64,000 bases of DNA from the human T2T-CHM13v2.0 reference genome, Homo sapiens. A program made the translations under genes and the position numbers. Below, in pieces: positions 23,239-38,152 of the stretch (positions within the stretch are counted from its first letter, which is position 1; each line of letters starts with the position of its first letter). The notes under the pieces are model-generated. The model searched no databases. It had not been told where the DNA came from and was given only the letters and a program-made list of their open reading frames with translations. The stretch lies in assembly GCF_009914755.1 (NCBI RefSeq), contig NC_060928.1. One strand, written 5' to 3'.

Positions 23239-25695
23239 TGTGTGCGTGCGTGCGTGGCGTCCGTGTGCCCACTTCTGTCTATCTCTTACGTCTCTCTCTC
23301 TCTCTCCCCGCCCTCGCTCTTTCCGTTGCCCTCTCTTTCTATCTCTGTCCGTCTGTGTGTGCTTGTGCCTCGGGACACATGTGCCCCGTGTGCCGGAGGG
23401 TGGGTTTCTTGCAGGTCGGCCTTTCTTCTGGTCAGCCTCTTCCCGCGTCTCTGCCTCGGTCGTGTAGCCGGTTAGCAGTCGGTTTCCCGGCGGTTCCGGT
23501 TTGGGGGTCTGTGAGGGCCTGGGCAATGCCGGCATCTGCTTCGGAACCGCAGGGGTTTTCGTCCCCTCCCCATCCGGAGCAGCCTCTTTGCTAGGCTAGA
23601 TCCAGACGACCGCTCCCCAAGCAAGGACAACGGCCTCCCAGGCGCTCATTGTCCACCCGCAGGAGGGTGCCCGCAGACCTTCAAGAGGATGGTTCTCACG
23701 CCTCTCGCCCTCTCCCTCATGGAGAAATGGAGCCACAGCTCGACGCAGGGACGGAGAAGGAAGCCGGCAAGGGGATGGGGCAAGCATCTCTGTCACTCAA
23801 AGGCTGGCCTTCCTGGCCGAGTCACCCGTCTGACACTCCTCCCCGGATGCCCGTGGTGGTGGCATGGCCCCGTATCCTGCCTGGGCTCTGGCCTCTGCTC
23901 TGTCCTCCCTTTTGCTGTGTCTGCCCCGTCTCTGAGAAGCATGGCGGCTTCTTAGTCTGGCTCAACGTCTTCAACAAAGAAGACTTCCCAGTCCAGGGAG
24001 AAACCCCGTGGGCGTCCGTGTCATGATCGTTTCCCTCTCGACACCTCTTTCTGCATGATTGGGCAGGTGTGGTGATCCTGGAGCTCTGGGCTTCCATACC
24101 TGTGTGGGACAGGGAAGCTCTCTTGGTCTCCATGGCCCAAGTGATGGCTGCGCGCTGAGTGCAGGAAGAGGGGGAGGCAAGCCCACCGTTCCCCACATTG
24201 GCCTTCCAGGAAAGGCGGTGTTGCATCCCACCTGCACTTCCTGTCTGATCCTTGAGGGCCAACCGGTCCCTCCGCTCCTGGGGAAAGCGCCTTCTGGCAC
24301 TGAATCTTTTGGCTGCCACGGATGTCAGGGAGCCAACGGGACTGGGTTTTGGCTGGGTGCAGGGGAGGTTGCGTCAGGGGTACCTAAGCGGTAGCGGCGT
24401 GGGGGTGGGGTGTACTTGGTCCAAAGCTCTGGGCTCCTCTGGCGGGCCTCCCTGAATGTGGCCTGGAGTCGCGCACTGGCCCTGTCTCGCAGGTTTGCAG
24501 GTGCGCTTGGCTTTTCCTCCGCTTTGTGGGGCAGGTCTCCAGTGGCCCCCGGGCGCACGCCTGGACATCACTGTCCGTCTCGTCGTCGCCCCCTACGGCC
24601 TCAAAGACACACGCTCACTGCATGTGCTCTTGGGGGACGTCAGTGCCACGTTTGGTCACACGGGCTCCAGCTCGGACTCGCCTCTGTCTGTCTTTGCCGG
24701 TGTCGCCGGAAGCTGCGTTGGGATGCCAGAGCCCCCGGGCCTTGGAGATGAAGGCAGGCCCCTGCTCCACCCAGGAAGGAGGGAGGCAGTGGACTCATGG
24801 GTCAGTGCCGTTGCAGACGACAGCACGCCTTGCGGCCCTGGGGATCTTTCCGTGCCCCGGCGAGACCCTTTCCGCCTCACTGCATAGTGACCTCATTCCC
24901 GATCAGCCGGTGGGAGCCATCATCGGATCCCAAGAGGTGTCCGCGCAGCCCAACCAGCACCCCGAAGGTCCTCCTTCACCGGGAACAGAAGCAGGAGACC
25001 GATCAAGGAGGTCCTGACGACAGGACTCCTATGCGTCCGACCCTGGGTCTCCCGCAGGCCCCTCTGGTAGTCCTCTTCCCACCCGCCGCCTCGGGCTGCG
25101 CCGCAGCCGCCGCCGCCGCAACCTCCAGCACCGCCGCCCCAGTCCCCGCAGCCGCCGCGTCGCCGCCATTTTTTAAAGGGTCCACAGCCTGACTCTGCTG
25201 AGTAAGGAGGGGTGGGGCGGGTGAGTCGGCCTCGCCAGTGCGCATGCGCGAGGCCCCAGCCGCCGCTTTGGTCACAGTGACCGCCACCGTTGCCCGGGGA
25301 TGGGTCCCTGAGACTTGGCGAAGTAGGAGCCCTGTTTGATCGTGCGTCAGAGTCGGGGCTCAGACCAGTACTGGCCAGGGCAGTTACCAGGATGGTCTCC
25401 GGAGGCCGGGATTCGTGGAGGGTCAACCAGGAGGAAGAAACGCCAGAAGGAAGAAACCTCAGACAGATCGCCGGGGACGCAGCACGGGATCCCAGCCTCA
25501 GGCCTGCGGGGACGGTGTGCGGGTGAGTCTCCCCAATAGTGGCGCCCTTGTGATGTGGAGGACAGGTCTACCAGGGTGTCCGTGGGCTGCTGTCTCACCG
25601 GTGGCTTCGTAGTCTCGGAGAGCAGAACCCGGCAGCTTCAGGGGCAGCCTGGGGGTGGGTGTTACCTGCTGTATGTCTGTGTGCGTCTTGGTTGT

Positions 25696-25734
<39 letters not shown>

Positions 25735-28166
25735 TGTGTGCGTGCGTGCGCGCGTCTGTGTGCCCACTTCTATCTCTTACGTCTCTCTCTCTCTCTCCCC
25801 GCCCCCGCTCTTTCCGTCGCCCTCTCTTTCTATCTCTGTCCGTATGCGTGTGCTTGTGCCTCGGGACACATGTGCCCCGTGCGCCGGAGGGTGGGTTTCT
25901 TGCAGGTCGGCCTTTCTTCTGGTCAGCCTCTCCCCGCGTCACTGCCTGGGTCGTGTGGCCGGATGGCAGTCGGTTTCCCGGCGGTTCCGGTTTGGGGGTC
26001 TGTGAAGGCCTGCGCAACGCGGGCATCTGCGTCGGAACCGCAGGGGTTTTCGTCCCCTCCCCATCCGGAGCAGCCTCTTTGCTAGGCTAGATCCAGACGA
26101 CCGCTCCACAAGCAAGGACAACGGCCTCCCAGGCGCTCATTGTTCAACCGCAGGAGGGTGCCCGCAGACCTTCAAGAAGATGGTTCTCACGCCTCTCGCC
26201 CTCTCCCTCATGGAGAAATGGAGCCACAGCTCGACGCAGGGACGGAGAAGGAAGCCGGCAAGGGGATGGGGCAAGCATCTCTGTCACTCAAAAGCTGGCC
26301 TTCCTGGCCGAGTCACCCGTCTGACACTCCTCCCCGGATGCCCGTGGTGGTGGCATGGCCCCGTATCCTGCCTGGACTCTGGCCTGTGCTCTGTCCTCCC
26401 TCTTGCTGTGTCTGCCCCGTCTCTGCGAAGCCTGGCGGCTTCTTAGTCTGGCTCAACGTCTTCAACAAAGAAGACTTCCCAGTCCATCAGGGAGAAACCC
26501 CGTGGGCGTCCGTGTCGTGATCGTTTCCCTCTCCACACCTCTTTCTGGATGATTGGGCAGGTGTGGTGATCCTGGAGCTCTGGGCTTCCATACCTGTGTG
26601 GGACAGGGAAGCTCTCTTGGTCTCCATGGCCCAAGTGATGGCTGCGCGCTCGGTCCAGGAAGAGGGGGAGGCAAGCCCACCGTTCCCCACATTGGCCTTC
26701 CAGGAAAGGCGGTGTTGCAGCCCACCTGCACTTCCTGTCTGATCCTTGAGGGCCAACCGGTTCCTCCGCTCCTGGGGAAAGCGCCTTCTGGCACTGAATC
26801 TTTTGGCTGCCACGGATGTCAGGGAGCCAACGGGACTGGGTTTTGGCTGGGTGCAGGGGAGGTTGCGTCAGGGGTACCTAAGCGGTAGCGGCGTGGGGGT
26901 GGGGTGTACTTGGTCCAAAGCTCTCGGCTCTGGCGGGCCTCCCTGAATGTGGCCTGGACTCGCGCACAGGCCCTGTCTCGCAGGTTTGCAGGTGCGCTTG
27001 GCTTTTCCTCCGCTTTGTGGGGCAGGTCTCCAGTGGCCCCCGGGCGCACGCCTGGACATCACTGTCCGTCTCGTCGTCGCCCCCTACGGCCTCAAAGACA
27101 CACGCTCACTGCATGTGCTCTTGGGGGACGTCAGTGCCACGTTTGGTCACACGGGCTCCAGCTCGGACTCGCCTCTGTCTGCCTTTGCCGGTGTCGCCGG
27201 AAGCTACGTCGGGATGCCGGAGCGCCCGGGCCTTGAAGATGAAGGCAGGCCCCTGCTCCACCCAGGAAGGAGGGAGGCAGTGGACTCATGGGTCCGTGCC
27301 GTTGCAGACGACAGCACGCCTTGCGGCCCTGGGGATCTTTCCTTGCCCCGGCGAGACCCTTTCCGCCTCACTGCATTGTAACCCCATTCCCGATCAGCCG
27401 GTGGGAACCATCATCGGATCCCAAGAGGAGTCCGCGCAGCCCAGCCAGCACCCCGAAAGTCCTCCTTCACCGGGAACAGAAGCAGGAGACCGATCAAGGA
27501 GGTCCTGACGACAGGACTCCTATGGGTCCGACCCTGGGTCTCCCGCAGGCCCCTCTGGTAGACCTCTTCCAACCCGCCGCCTCGGGCTGCGCCGCAGCCG
27601 CCGCCACCGTAACCTCCAGCACCGCCGCCCCAGTCCCCGCAGCCGCCGCGTCGCCGCCATTTTTTAAAGGGTCCGCAGCCTGACTCTGCTGAGTAAGGAG
27701 GGGTGGGGCGGGTGAGTCGGCCTCGCCAGTGCGCATGCGCGAGGCCCCAGCCGCCGCTTTGGTCACAGTGACCGCCACCGTTGCCCGGGGATGGGTCCCT
27801 GAGACTTGGCGAAATAGGAGCCCTGTGTGATTGTGCGTCAGAGTCGGGGCTCAGACCAGTCCTGGCCAGGGCAGTTACCAGGACGGTCTCCGGAGGCTGG
27901 GATTCGCGGAGGGTCCGCCAGGAGGAAGAAACCTCAGACAGTTCGCCGGGGACGCAGCGCGGGATCCCAGCCTCAGGCGTGCACGGACGGTGTGCGGGTG
28001 AGTCTCCCCAAAAGTAGCGCCCTTGTGATGTGGAGGACAGGTCTGCCAGGGTGTCCGTGGGCTGCTGTCTCACCGGTGGCTTCGTAGTCGCGGAGAGCAG
28101 AACCCGTCAGCTTCAGGGGCAGCCTGGGGGTGGGTGTTACCTGCTGTATGTCTGTGTGCGTCTTGG

Positions 28167-28205
<39 letters not shown>

Positions 28206-30662
28206 TGTGTGCGTGCGTGCGTGGCGTCCGTGTGCCCACTTCTGTCTATCTCTTACGTCTCTCTCTGTCTCTCCCCGCCCTCGCTCTTTCCGTTGCCCTC
28301 TCTTTCTATCTCTGTCCGTCTGTGTGTGCTTGTGCCTCGGGACACATGTGCCCCGTGTGCCGGAGGGTGGGTTTCTTGCAGGTCGGCCTTTCTTCTGGTC
28401 AGCCTCTTCCCGCGTCTCTGCCTCGGTCGTGTAGCCGGTTAGCAGTCGGTTTCCCGGCGGTTCCGGTTTGGGGGTCTGTGAGGGCCTGGGCAATGCCGGC
28501 ATCTGCTTCGGAACCGCAGGGGTTTTCGTCCCCTCCCCATCCGGAGCAGCCTCTTTGCTAGGCTAGATCCAGACGACCGCTCCCCAAGCAAGGACAACGG
28601 CCTCCCAGGCGCTCATTGTCCACCCGCAGGAGGGTGCCCGCAGACCTTCAAGAGGATGGTTCTCACGCCTCTCGCCCTCTCCCTCATGGAGAAATGGAGC
28701 CACAGCTCGACGCAGGGACGGAGAAGGAAGCCGGCAAGGGGATGGGGCAAGCATCTCTGTCACTCAAAGGCTGGCCTTCCTGGCCGAGTCACCCGTCTGA
28801 CACTCCTCCCCGGATGCCCGTGGTGGTGGCATGGCCCCGTATCCTGCCTGGGCTCTGGCCTCTGCTCTGTCCTCCCTTTTGCTGTGTCTGCCCCGTCTCT
28901 GAGAAGCATGGCGGCTTCTTAGTCTGGCTCAACGTCTTCAACAAAGAAGACTTCCCAGTCCAGGGAGAAACCCCGTGGGCGTCCGTGTCATGATCGTTTC
29001 CCTCTCGACACCTCTTTCTGCATGATTGGGCAGGTGTGGTGATCCTGGAGCTCTGGGCTTCCATACCTGTGTGGGACAGGGAAGCTCTCTTGGTCTCCAT
29101 GGCCCAAGTGATGGCTGCGCGCTGAGTCCAGGAAGAGGGGGAGGCAAGCCCACCGTTCCCCACATTGGCCTTCCAGGAAAGGCGGTGTTGCATCCCACCT
29201 GCACTTCCTGTCTGATCCTTGAGGGCCAACCGGTCCCTCCGCTCCTGGGGAAAGCGCCTTCTGGCACTGAATCTTTTGGCTGCCACGGATGTCAGGGAGC
29301 CAACGGGACTGGGTTTTGGCTGGGTGCAGGGGAGGTTGCGTCAGGGGTACCTAAGCGGTAGCGGCGTGGGGGTGGGGTGTACTTGGTCCAAAGCTCTGGG
29401 CTCCTCTGGCGGGCCTCCCTGAATGTGGCCTGGAGTCGCGCACTGGCCCTGTCTCGCAGGTTTGCAGGTGCGCTTGGCTTTTCCTCCGCTTTGTGGGGCA
29501 GGTCTCCAGTGGCCCCCGGGCGCACGCCTGGACATCACTGTCCGTCTCGTCGTCGCCCCCTACGGCCTCAAAGACACACGCTCACTGCATGTGCTCTTGG
29601 GGGACGTCAGTGCCACGTTTGGTCACACGGGCTCCAGCTCGGACTCGCCTCTGTCTGTCTTTGCCGGTGTCGCCGGAAGCTGCGTTGGGATGCCAGAGCC
29701 CCCGGGCCTTGGAGATGAAGGCAGGCCCCTGCTCCACCCAGGAAGGAGGGAGGCAGTGGACTCATGGGTCAGTGCCGTTGCAGACGACAGCACGCCTTGC
29801 GGCCCTGGGGATCTTTCCTTGCCCCGGCGAGACCCTTTCCGCCTCACTGCATAGTGACCTCATTCCCGATCAGCCGGTGGGAGCCATCATCGGATCCCAA
29901 GAGGTGTCCGCGCAGCCCAACCAGCACCCCGAAGGTCCTCCTTCACCGGGAACAGAAGCAGGAGACCGATCAAGGAGGTCCTGACGACAGGACTCCTATG
30001 GGTCCGACCCTGGGTCTCCCGCAGGCCCCTCTGGTAGTCCTCTTCCCACCCGCCGCCTCGGGCTGCGCCGCAGCCGCCGCCGCCGCAACCTCCAGCACCG
30101 CCGCCCCAGTCCCCGCAGCCGCCGCGTCACCGCCATTTTTTAAAGGGTCCGCAGCCTGACTCTGCTGAGTAAGGAGGGGTGGGGCGGGTGAGTCGGCCTC
30201 GCCAGTGCGCATGCGCGAGGCTCCAGCCGCCGCTTTGGTCACAGTGACCGCCACCGTTGCCCGGGGATGGTTCCCTGAGACTTGGCGAAGTAGGAGCCCT
30301 GTGTGATCGTGCGTCAGAGTCGGGGCTCAGACCAGTCCTGGCCAGGGCAGTTACCAGGACGGTCTCCGGAGGCCGGGATTCGCGGAGGGTCAACCAGGAG
30401 GAAGAAACGCCAGAAGGAAGAAACCTCAGACAGATCGCCGGGGACGCAGCACGGGATCCCAGCCTCAGGCCTGCGGGGACGGTGTGCGGGTGAGTCTCCC
30501 CAATAGTGGCGCCCTTGTGATGTGGAGGACAGGTCTACCAGGGTGTCCGTGGGCTGCTGTCTCACCGGTGGCTTCGTAGTCTCGGAGAGCAGAACCCGGC
30601 AGCTTCAGGGGCAGCCTGGGGGTGGGTGTTACCTGCTGTATGTCTGTGTGCGTCTTGGTTGT

Positions 30663-30703
<41 letters not shown>

Positions 30704-33137
30704 TGTGTGCGTGCGTGCGCGCGTCTGTGTGCCCACTTCTATCTCTTACGTCTCTCTCTCTCTCTCCCCGCCCCCGCTCTTTCCGTCGCCCTCTCTTTCT
30801 ATCTCTGTCCGTCTGTGTGTGCTTGTGCCTCGGGACACATGTGCCCCGTGCGCCGGAGGGTGGGTTTCTTGCAGGTCGGCCTTTCTTCTGGTCAGCCTCT
30901 CCCCGCGTCACTGCCTGGGTCGTGTGGCCGGATGGCAGTCGGTTTCCCGGCGGTTCCAGTTTGGGGGTCTGTGAGGGCCTGGGCAATGCCGGCATCTGCT
31001 TCGGAACCGCAGGGGTTTTCGTCCCCTCCCCATCCGGAGCAGCCTCTTTGCTAGGCTAGATCCAGACGACCGCTCACCAAGCAAGGACAACGGCCTCCCA
31101 GGCGCTCATTGTCCACCCGCTGGAGGGTGCCCGCAGACCTTCAAGAGGATGGTTCTCACGCCTCTCGCCCTCTCCCTCATGGAGAAATGGAGCCACAGCT
31201 CGACGCAGGGACGGAGAAGGAAGCCGGCAAGGGGATGGGGCAAGCATCTCTGTCACTCAAAGGCTGGCCTTCCTGGCCGAGTCACCCGTCTGACACTCCT
31301 CCCCGGATGCCCGTGGTGGTGGCATGGCCCCGTATCCTGCCTGGGCTCTGGCCTCTGCTCTGTCCTCCCTCTTGCTGTGTCTGCCCCGTCTCTGAGAAGC
31401 CTGGCGTCTTCTTAGTCTGGCTCAACGTCTTCAACAAAGAAGACTTCCCAGTCCATCAGGGAGAAACCCCGTGGGCGTCCGTGTCGTGATCTTTTCCCTC
31501 TCCACACCACTTTCTGGATGATTGGGCAGGTGTGGTGATCCTGGAGCTCTGGGCTTCCATACCTGTGTGGGACAGGGAAGCTCTCTTGGTCTCCATGGCC
31601 CAATTGATGGCTGCGCGCTCGGTCCAGGAAGAGGGGGAGGCAAGCCCACCGTTCCCCACATTGGCCTTCCAGGAAAGGCGGTGTTGCAGCCCACCTGCAC
31701 TTCCTGTCTGATCCTTGAGGGCCAACCGGTTCCTCCGCTCCTGGGGAAAGCGCCTTCTGGCACTGAATCTTTTGGCTGCCACGGATGTCAGGGAGCCAAC
31801 GGGACTGGGTTTTGGCTGGGTGCAGGGGAGGTTGCGTCAGGGGTACCTAAGCGGTAGCGGCGTGGGGGTGGGGTGTACTTGGTCCAAAGCTCTCGGCTCC
31901 TCTGGCGGGCCTCCCTGAATGTGGCCTGGACTCGCGCACAGGCCCTGTCTCGCAGGTTTGCAGGTGCGCTTGGCTTTTCCTCCGCTTTGTGGGGCAGGTC
32001 TCCAGTGGCCCCCGGGCGCACGCCTGGACATCACTGTCCGTCTCGTCGTCGCCCCCTACGGCCTCAAAGACACACGCTCACTGCATGTGCTCTTGGGGGA
32101 CGTCAGTGCCACGTTTGGTCACACGGGCTCCAGCTCGGACTCGCCTCTGTCTGCCTTTGCCGGTGTCGCCGGAAGCTGCGTCGGGATGCCGGAGCGCCCG
32201 GGCCTTGAAGATGAAGGCAGGCCCCTGCTCCACCCAGGAAGGAGGGAGGCAGTGGACTCATGGGTCCGTGCCGTTGCAGACGACAGCACGCCTTGCGGCC
32301 CTGGGGATCTTTCCTTGCCCCGGCGAGACCCTTTCCGCCTCACTGCATTGTAACCCCATTCCCGATCAGCCGGTGGGAACCATCATCGGATCCCAAGAGG
32401 AGTCCGCGCAGCCCAGCCAGCACCCCGAAAGTCCTCCTTCACCGGGAACAGAAGCAGGAGACCGATCAAGGAGGTCCTGACGACAGGACTCCTATGGGTC
32501 CGACCCTGGGTCTCCCGCAGGCCCCTCTGGTAGACCTCTTCCCACCCGCCGCCTCGGGCTGCGCCGCAGCCGCCGCCGCCGCAACCTCCAGCACCGCCGC
32601 CCCAGTCCCCGCAGCCGCCGCGTCGCCGCCATTTTTTAAAGGGTCCGCAGCCTGACTCTGTTGAGTAAGGAGGGGTGGGGCGGGTGAGTCGGCCTCGCCA
32701 GTGCGCATGCGCGAGGCCCCAGCCGCCGCTTTGGTCACAGTGACCGCCACCGTTGCCCGGGGATGGGTCCCTGAGACTTGGCGAAATAGGAGCCCTGTGT
32801 GATTGTGCGTCAGAGTCGGGGCTCAGACCAGTCCTGGCCAGGGCAGTTACCAGGACGGTCTCCGGAGGCTGGGATTCGCGGAGGGTCCGCCAGGAGGAAG
32901 AAACCTCAGACAGTTCGCCGGGGACGCAGCGCGGGATCCCAGCCTCAGGCGTGCACGGACGGTGTGCGGGTGAGTCTCCCCAAAAGTAGCGCCCTTGTGA
33001 TGTGGAGGACAGGTCTGCCAGGGTGTCCGTGGGCTGCTGTCTCACCGGTGGCTTCGTAGTCGCGGAGAGCAGAACCCGGCAGCTTCAGGGGCAGCCTGGG
33101 GTGGGTGTTACCTGCTGTATGTCTGTGTGCGTCTTGG

Positions 33138-33139
<2 letters not shown>

Positions 33140-33172
<33 letters not shown>

Positions 33173-35629
33173 TGTGTGCGTGCGTGCGTGGCGTCCGTGT
33201 GCCCACTTCTGTCTATCTCTTACGTCTCTCTCTGTCTCTCCCCGCCCTCGCTCTTTCCGTTGCCCTCTCTTTCTATCTCTGTCCGTCTGTGTGTGCTTGT
33301 GCCTCGGGACACATGTGCCCCGTGTGCCGGAGGGTGGGTTTCTTGCAGGTCGGCCTTTCTTCTGGTCAGCCTCTTCCCGCGTCTCTGCCTCGGTCGTGTA
33401 GCCGGTTAGCAGTCGGTTTCCCGGCGGTTCCGGTTTGGGGGTCTGTGAGGGCCTGGGCAATGCCGGCATCTGCTTCGGAACCGCAGGGGTTTTCGTCCCC
33501 TCCCCATCCGGAGCAGCCTCTTTGCTAGGCTAGATCCAGACGACCGCTCCCCAAGCAAGGACAACGGCCTCCCAGGCGCTCATTGTCCACCCGCAGGAGG
33601 GTGCCCGCAGACCTTCAAGAGGATGGTTCTCACGCCTCTCGCCCTCTCCCTCATGGAGAAATGGAGCCACAGCTCGACGCAGGGACGGAGAAGGAAGCCG
33701 GCAAGGGGATGGGGCAAGCATCTCTGTCACTCAAAGGCTGGCCTTCCTGGCCGAGTCACCCGTCTGACACTCCTCCCCGGATGCCCGTGGTGGTGGCATG
33801 GCCCCGTATCCTGCCTGGGCTCTGGCCTCTGCTCTGTCCTCCCTTTTGCTGTGTCTGCCCCGTCTCTGAGAAGCATGGCGGCTTCTTAGTCTGGCTCAAC
33901 GTCTTCAACAAAGAAGACTTCCCAGTCCAGGGAGAAACCCCGTGGGCGTCCGTGTCATGATCGTTTCCCTCTCGACACCTCTTTCTGCATGATTGGGCAG
34001 GTGTGGTGATCCTGGAGCTCTGGGCTTCCATACCTGTGTGGGACAGGGAAGCTCTCTTGGTCTCCATGGCCCAAGTGATGGCTGCGCGCTGAGTCCAGGA
34101 AGAGGGGGAGGCAAGCCCACCGTTCCCCACATTGGCCTTCCAGGAAAGGCGGTGTTGCATCCCACCTGCACTTCCTGTCTGATCCTTGAGGGCCAACCGG
34201 TCCCTCCGCTCCTGAGGAAAGCGCCTTCTGGCACTGAATCTTTTGGCTGCCACGGATGTCAGGGAGCCAACGGGACTGGGTTTTGGCTGGGTGCAGGGGA
34301 GGTTGCGTCAGGGGTACCTAAGCGGTAGCGGCGTGGGGGTGGGGTGTACTTGGTCCAAAGCTCTGGGCTCCTCTGGCGGGCCTCCCTGAATGTGGCCTGG
34401 ACTCGCGCACTGGCCCTGTCTCGCAGGTTTGCAGGTGCGCTTGGCTTTTCCTCCGCTTTGTGGGGCAGGTCTCCAGTGGCCCCCGGGCGCACGCCTGGAC
34501 ATCACTGTCCGTCTCGTCGTCGCCCCCTACGGCCTCAAAGACACACGCTCACTGCATGTGCTCTTGGGGGACGTCAGTGCCACGTTTGGTCACACGGGCT
34601 CCAGCTCGGACTCGCCTCTGTCTGTCTTTGCCGGTGTCGCCGGAAGCTGCGTCGGGATGCCGGAGCCCCCGGGCTTTGGAGATGAAGGCAGGCCCCTGCT
34701 CCACCCAGGATGGAGGGAGGCAGTGGGCTCATGGGTCAGTGCCGTTGCAGACGACAGCACGCCTTGCGGCCCTGGGGATCTTTCCGTGCCCCGGCGAGAC
34801 CCTTTCCGCCTCACTGCATTGTAACCCCATTCCCGATCAGCCGGTGGGAGCCATCATCGGATCCCAAGAGGAGTCCGCGCAGCCCAGCCAGCACCCCGAA
34901 GGTCCTCCTTCACCGGCAACAGAAGCAGGAGACCGATCAAGGAGATCCTGACGACAGGACTCCTATGGGTCCGACCCTGGGTCTCCCGCAGGCCCCTCTG
35001 GTAGACCTCTTCCCACCCGCCGCCTCGGGCTGCGCCGCAGCCGCCGCCGCCGCAACCTCCAGCACCGCTGCCCCAGTCCCCGCAGCCGCCGCGTCGCCGC
35101 CATTTTTTAAAGGGTCCGCAGCCTGACTCTGCTGAGTAAGGAGGGGTGGGGCGGGTGAGTCGGCCTCGCCAGTGCGCATGCGCGAGGCCCCAGCCGCCGC
35201 TTTGGTCACAGTGACCGCCACCGTTGCCCGGGGATGGGTCCCTGAGAATTGGTGAAGTAGGAGTCCTTTGTGATTGTGCGTCAGAGTCGGGGCTCAGACC
35301 AGTCATGGCCAGGGCAGTTACCAGGACGGTCTCCGGAGGCCGGGATTCGCGGAGGGTCAACCAGGAGGAAGAAACGCCAGAAGGAAGAAACCTCAGACAG
35401 ATCGCCGGGGACGCAGCACGGGATCCCAGCCTGAGGCCTGCGGCGACAGTGTGCGGGTGAGTCTCCCCAATAGTGGCGCCCTTGTGATGTGGAGGACAGG
35501 TCTACCAGGGTGTCCGTGGGCTGCTGTCTCACCGGTGGCTTCGTAGTCTCGGAGAGCAGAACCCGGCAGCTTCAGGGGCAGCCTGGGGGTGGGTGTTACC
35601 TGCTGTATGTCTGTGTGCGTCTTGGTTGT

Positions 35630-35668
<39 letters not shown>

Positions 35669-38103
35669 TGTGTGCGTGCGTGCGCGCGTCTGTGTGCCCA
35701 CTTCTATCTCTTACGTCTCTCTCTCTCTCTCCCCGCCCCCGCTCTTTCCGTCGCCCTCTCTTTCTATCTCTGTCCGTCTGCGTGTGCTTGTGCCTCGGGA
35801 CACATGTGCCCCGTGCGCCGGAGGGTGGGTTTCTTGCAGGTCGGCCTTTCTTCTGGTCAGCCTCTCCCCGCGTCACTGCCTGGGTCGTGTGGCCGGATGG
35901 CAGTCGGTTTCCCGGCGGTTCCGGTTTGGGGGTCTGTGAAGGCCTGCGCAACGCGGGCATCTGCGTCGGAACCGCAGGGGTTTTCGTCCCCTCCCCATCC
36001 GGAGCAGCCTCTTTGCTAGGCTAGATCCAGACGACCGCTCCACAAGCAAGGACAACGGCCTCCCAGGCGCTCATTGTCCACCCGCAGGAGGGTGCCCGCA
36101 GACCTTCAAGAGGATGGTTCTCACGCCTCTCGCCCTCTCCCTCATGGAGAAATGGAGCCACAGCTCGACGCAGGGACGGAGAAGGAAGCCGGCAAGGGGA
36201 TGGGGCAAGCATCTCTGTCACTCAAAGGCTGGCCTTCCTGGCCGAGTCACCCGTCTGACACTCCTCCCCGGATGCCCGTGGTGGTGGCATGGCCCCGTAT
36301 CCTGCCTGGGCTCTGGCCTCTGCTCTGTCCTCCCTCTTGCTGTGTCTGCCCCGTCTCTGAGAAGCCTGGCGTCTTCTTAGTCTGGCTCAACGTCTTCAAC
36401 AAAGAAGACTTCCCAGTCCATCAGGGAGAAACCCCGTGGGCGTCCGTGTCGTGATCTTTTCCCTCTCCACACCACTTTCTGGATGATTGGGCAGGTGTGG
36501 TGATCCTGGAGCTCTGGGCTTCCATACCTGTGTGGGACAGGGAAGCTCTCTTGGTCTCCATGGCCCAATTGATGGCTGCGCGCTCGGTCCAGGAAGAGGG
36601 GGAGGCAAGCCCACCGTTCCCCACATTGGCCTTCCAGGAAAGGCGGTGTTGCAGCCCACCTGCACTTCCTGTCTGATCCTTGAGGGCCAACCGGTTCCTC
36701 CGCTCCTGGGGAAAGCGCCTTCTGGCACTGAATCTTTTGGCTGCCACGGATGTCAGGGAGCCAACGGGACTGGGTTTTGGCTGGGTGCAGGGGAGGTTGC
36801 GTCAGGGGTACCTAAGCGGTAGCGGCGTGGGGGTGGGGTGTACTTGGTCCAAAGCTCTCGGCTCCTCTGGCGGGCCTCCCTGAATGTGGCCTGGACTCGC
36901 GCACAGGCCCTGTCTCGCAGGTTTGCAGGTGCGCTTGGCTTTTCCTCCGCTTTGTGGGGCAGGTCTCCAGTGGCCCCCGGGCGCACGCCTGGACATCACT
37001 GTCCGTCTCGTCGTCGCCCCCTACGGCCTCAAAGACACACGCTCACTGCATGTGCTCTTGGGGGACGTCAGTGCCACGTTTGGTCACACGGGCTCCAGCT
37101 CGGACTCGCCTCTGTCTGCCTTTGCCGGTGTCGCCGGAAGCTGCGTCGGGATGCCGGAGCGCCCGGGCCTTGAAGATGAAGGCAGGCCCCTGCTCCACCC
37201 AGGAAGGAGGGAGGCAGTGGACTTATGGGTCCGTGCCGTTGCAGACGACAGCACGCCTTGCGGCCCTGAGGATCTTTCCTTGCCCCGGCGAGACCCTTTC
37301 CGCCTCACTGCATTGTAACCCCATTCCCGATCAGCCGGTGGGAACCATCATCGGATCCCAAGAGGAGTCCGCGCAGCCCAGCCAGCACCCCGAAAGTCCT
37401 CCTTCACCGGGAACAGAAGCAGGAGACCGATCAAGGAGGTCCTGACGACAGGACTCCTATGGGTCCGACCCTGGGTCTCCCGCAGGCCCCTCTGGTAGAC
37501 CTCTTCCCACCCGCCGCCTCGGGCTGCGCCGCAGCCGCCGCCGCCGCAACCTCCAGCACCGCCGCCCCAGTCCCCGCAGCCGCCGCGTCGCCGCCATTTT
37601 TTAAAGGGTCCGCAGCCTGACTCTGCTGAGTAAGGAGGGGTGGGGCGGGTGAGTCGGCCTCGCCAGTGCGCATGCGCGAGGCCCCAGCCGCCGCTTTGGT
37701 CACAGTGACCGCCACCGTTGCCCGGGGATGGGTCCCTGAGACTTGGCGAAATAGGAGCCCTGTGTGATTGTGCGTCAGAGTCGGGGCTCAGACCAGTCCT
37801 GGCCAGGGCAGTTACCAGGACGGTCTCCGGAGGCTGGGATTCGCGGAGGGTCCGCCAGGAGGAAGAAACCTCAGACAGTTCGCCGGGGACGCAGCGCGGG
37901 ATCCCAGCCTCAGGCGTGCACGGACGGTGTGCGTGTGAGTCTCCCCAAAAGTAGCGCCCTTGTGATGTGGAGGACAGGTCTGCCAGGGTGTCCGTGGGCT
38001 GCTGTCTCACCGGTGGCTTCGTAGTCGCGGAGAGCAGAACCCGTCAGCTTCAGGGGCAGCCTGGGGGTGGGTGTTACCTGCTGTATGTCTGTGTGCGTCT
38101 TGG

Positions 38104-38152
<49 letters not shown>
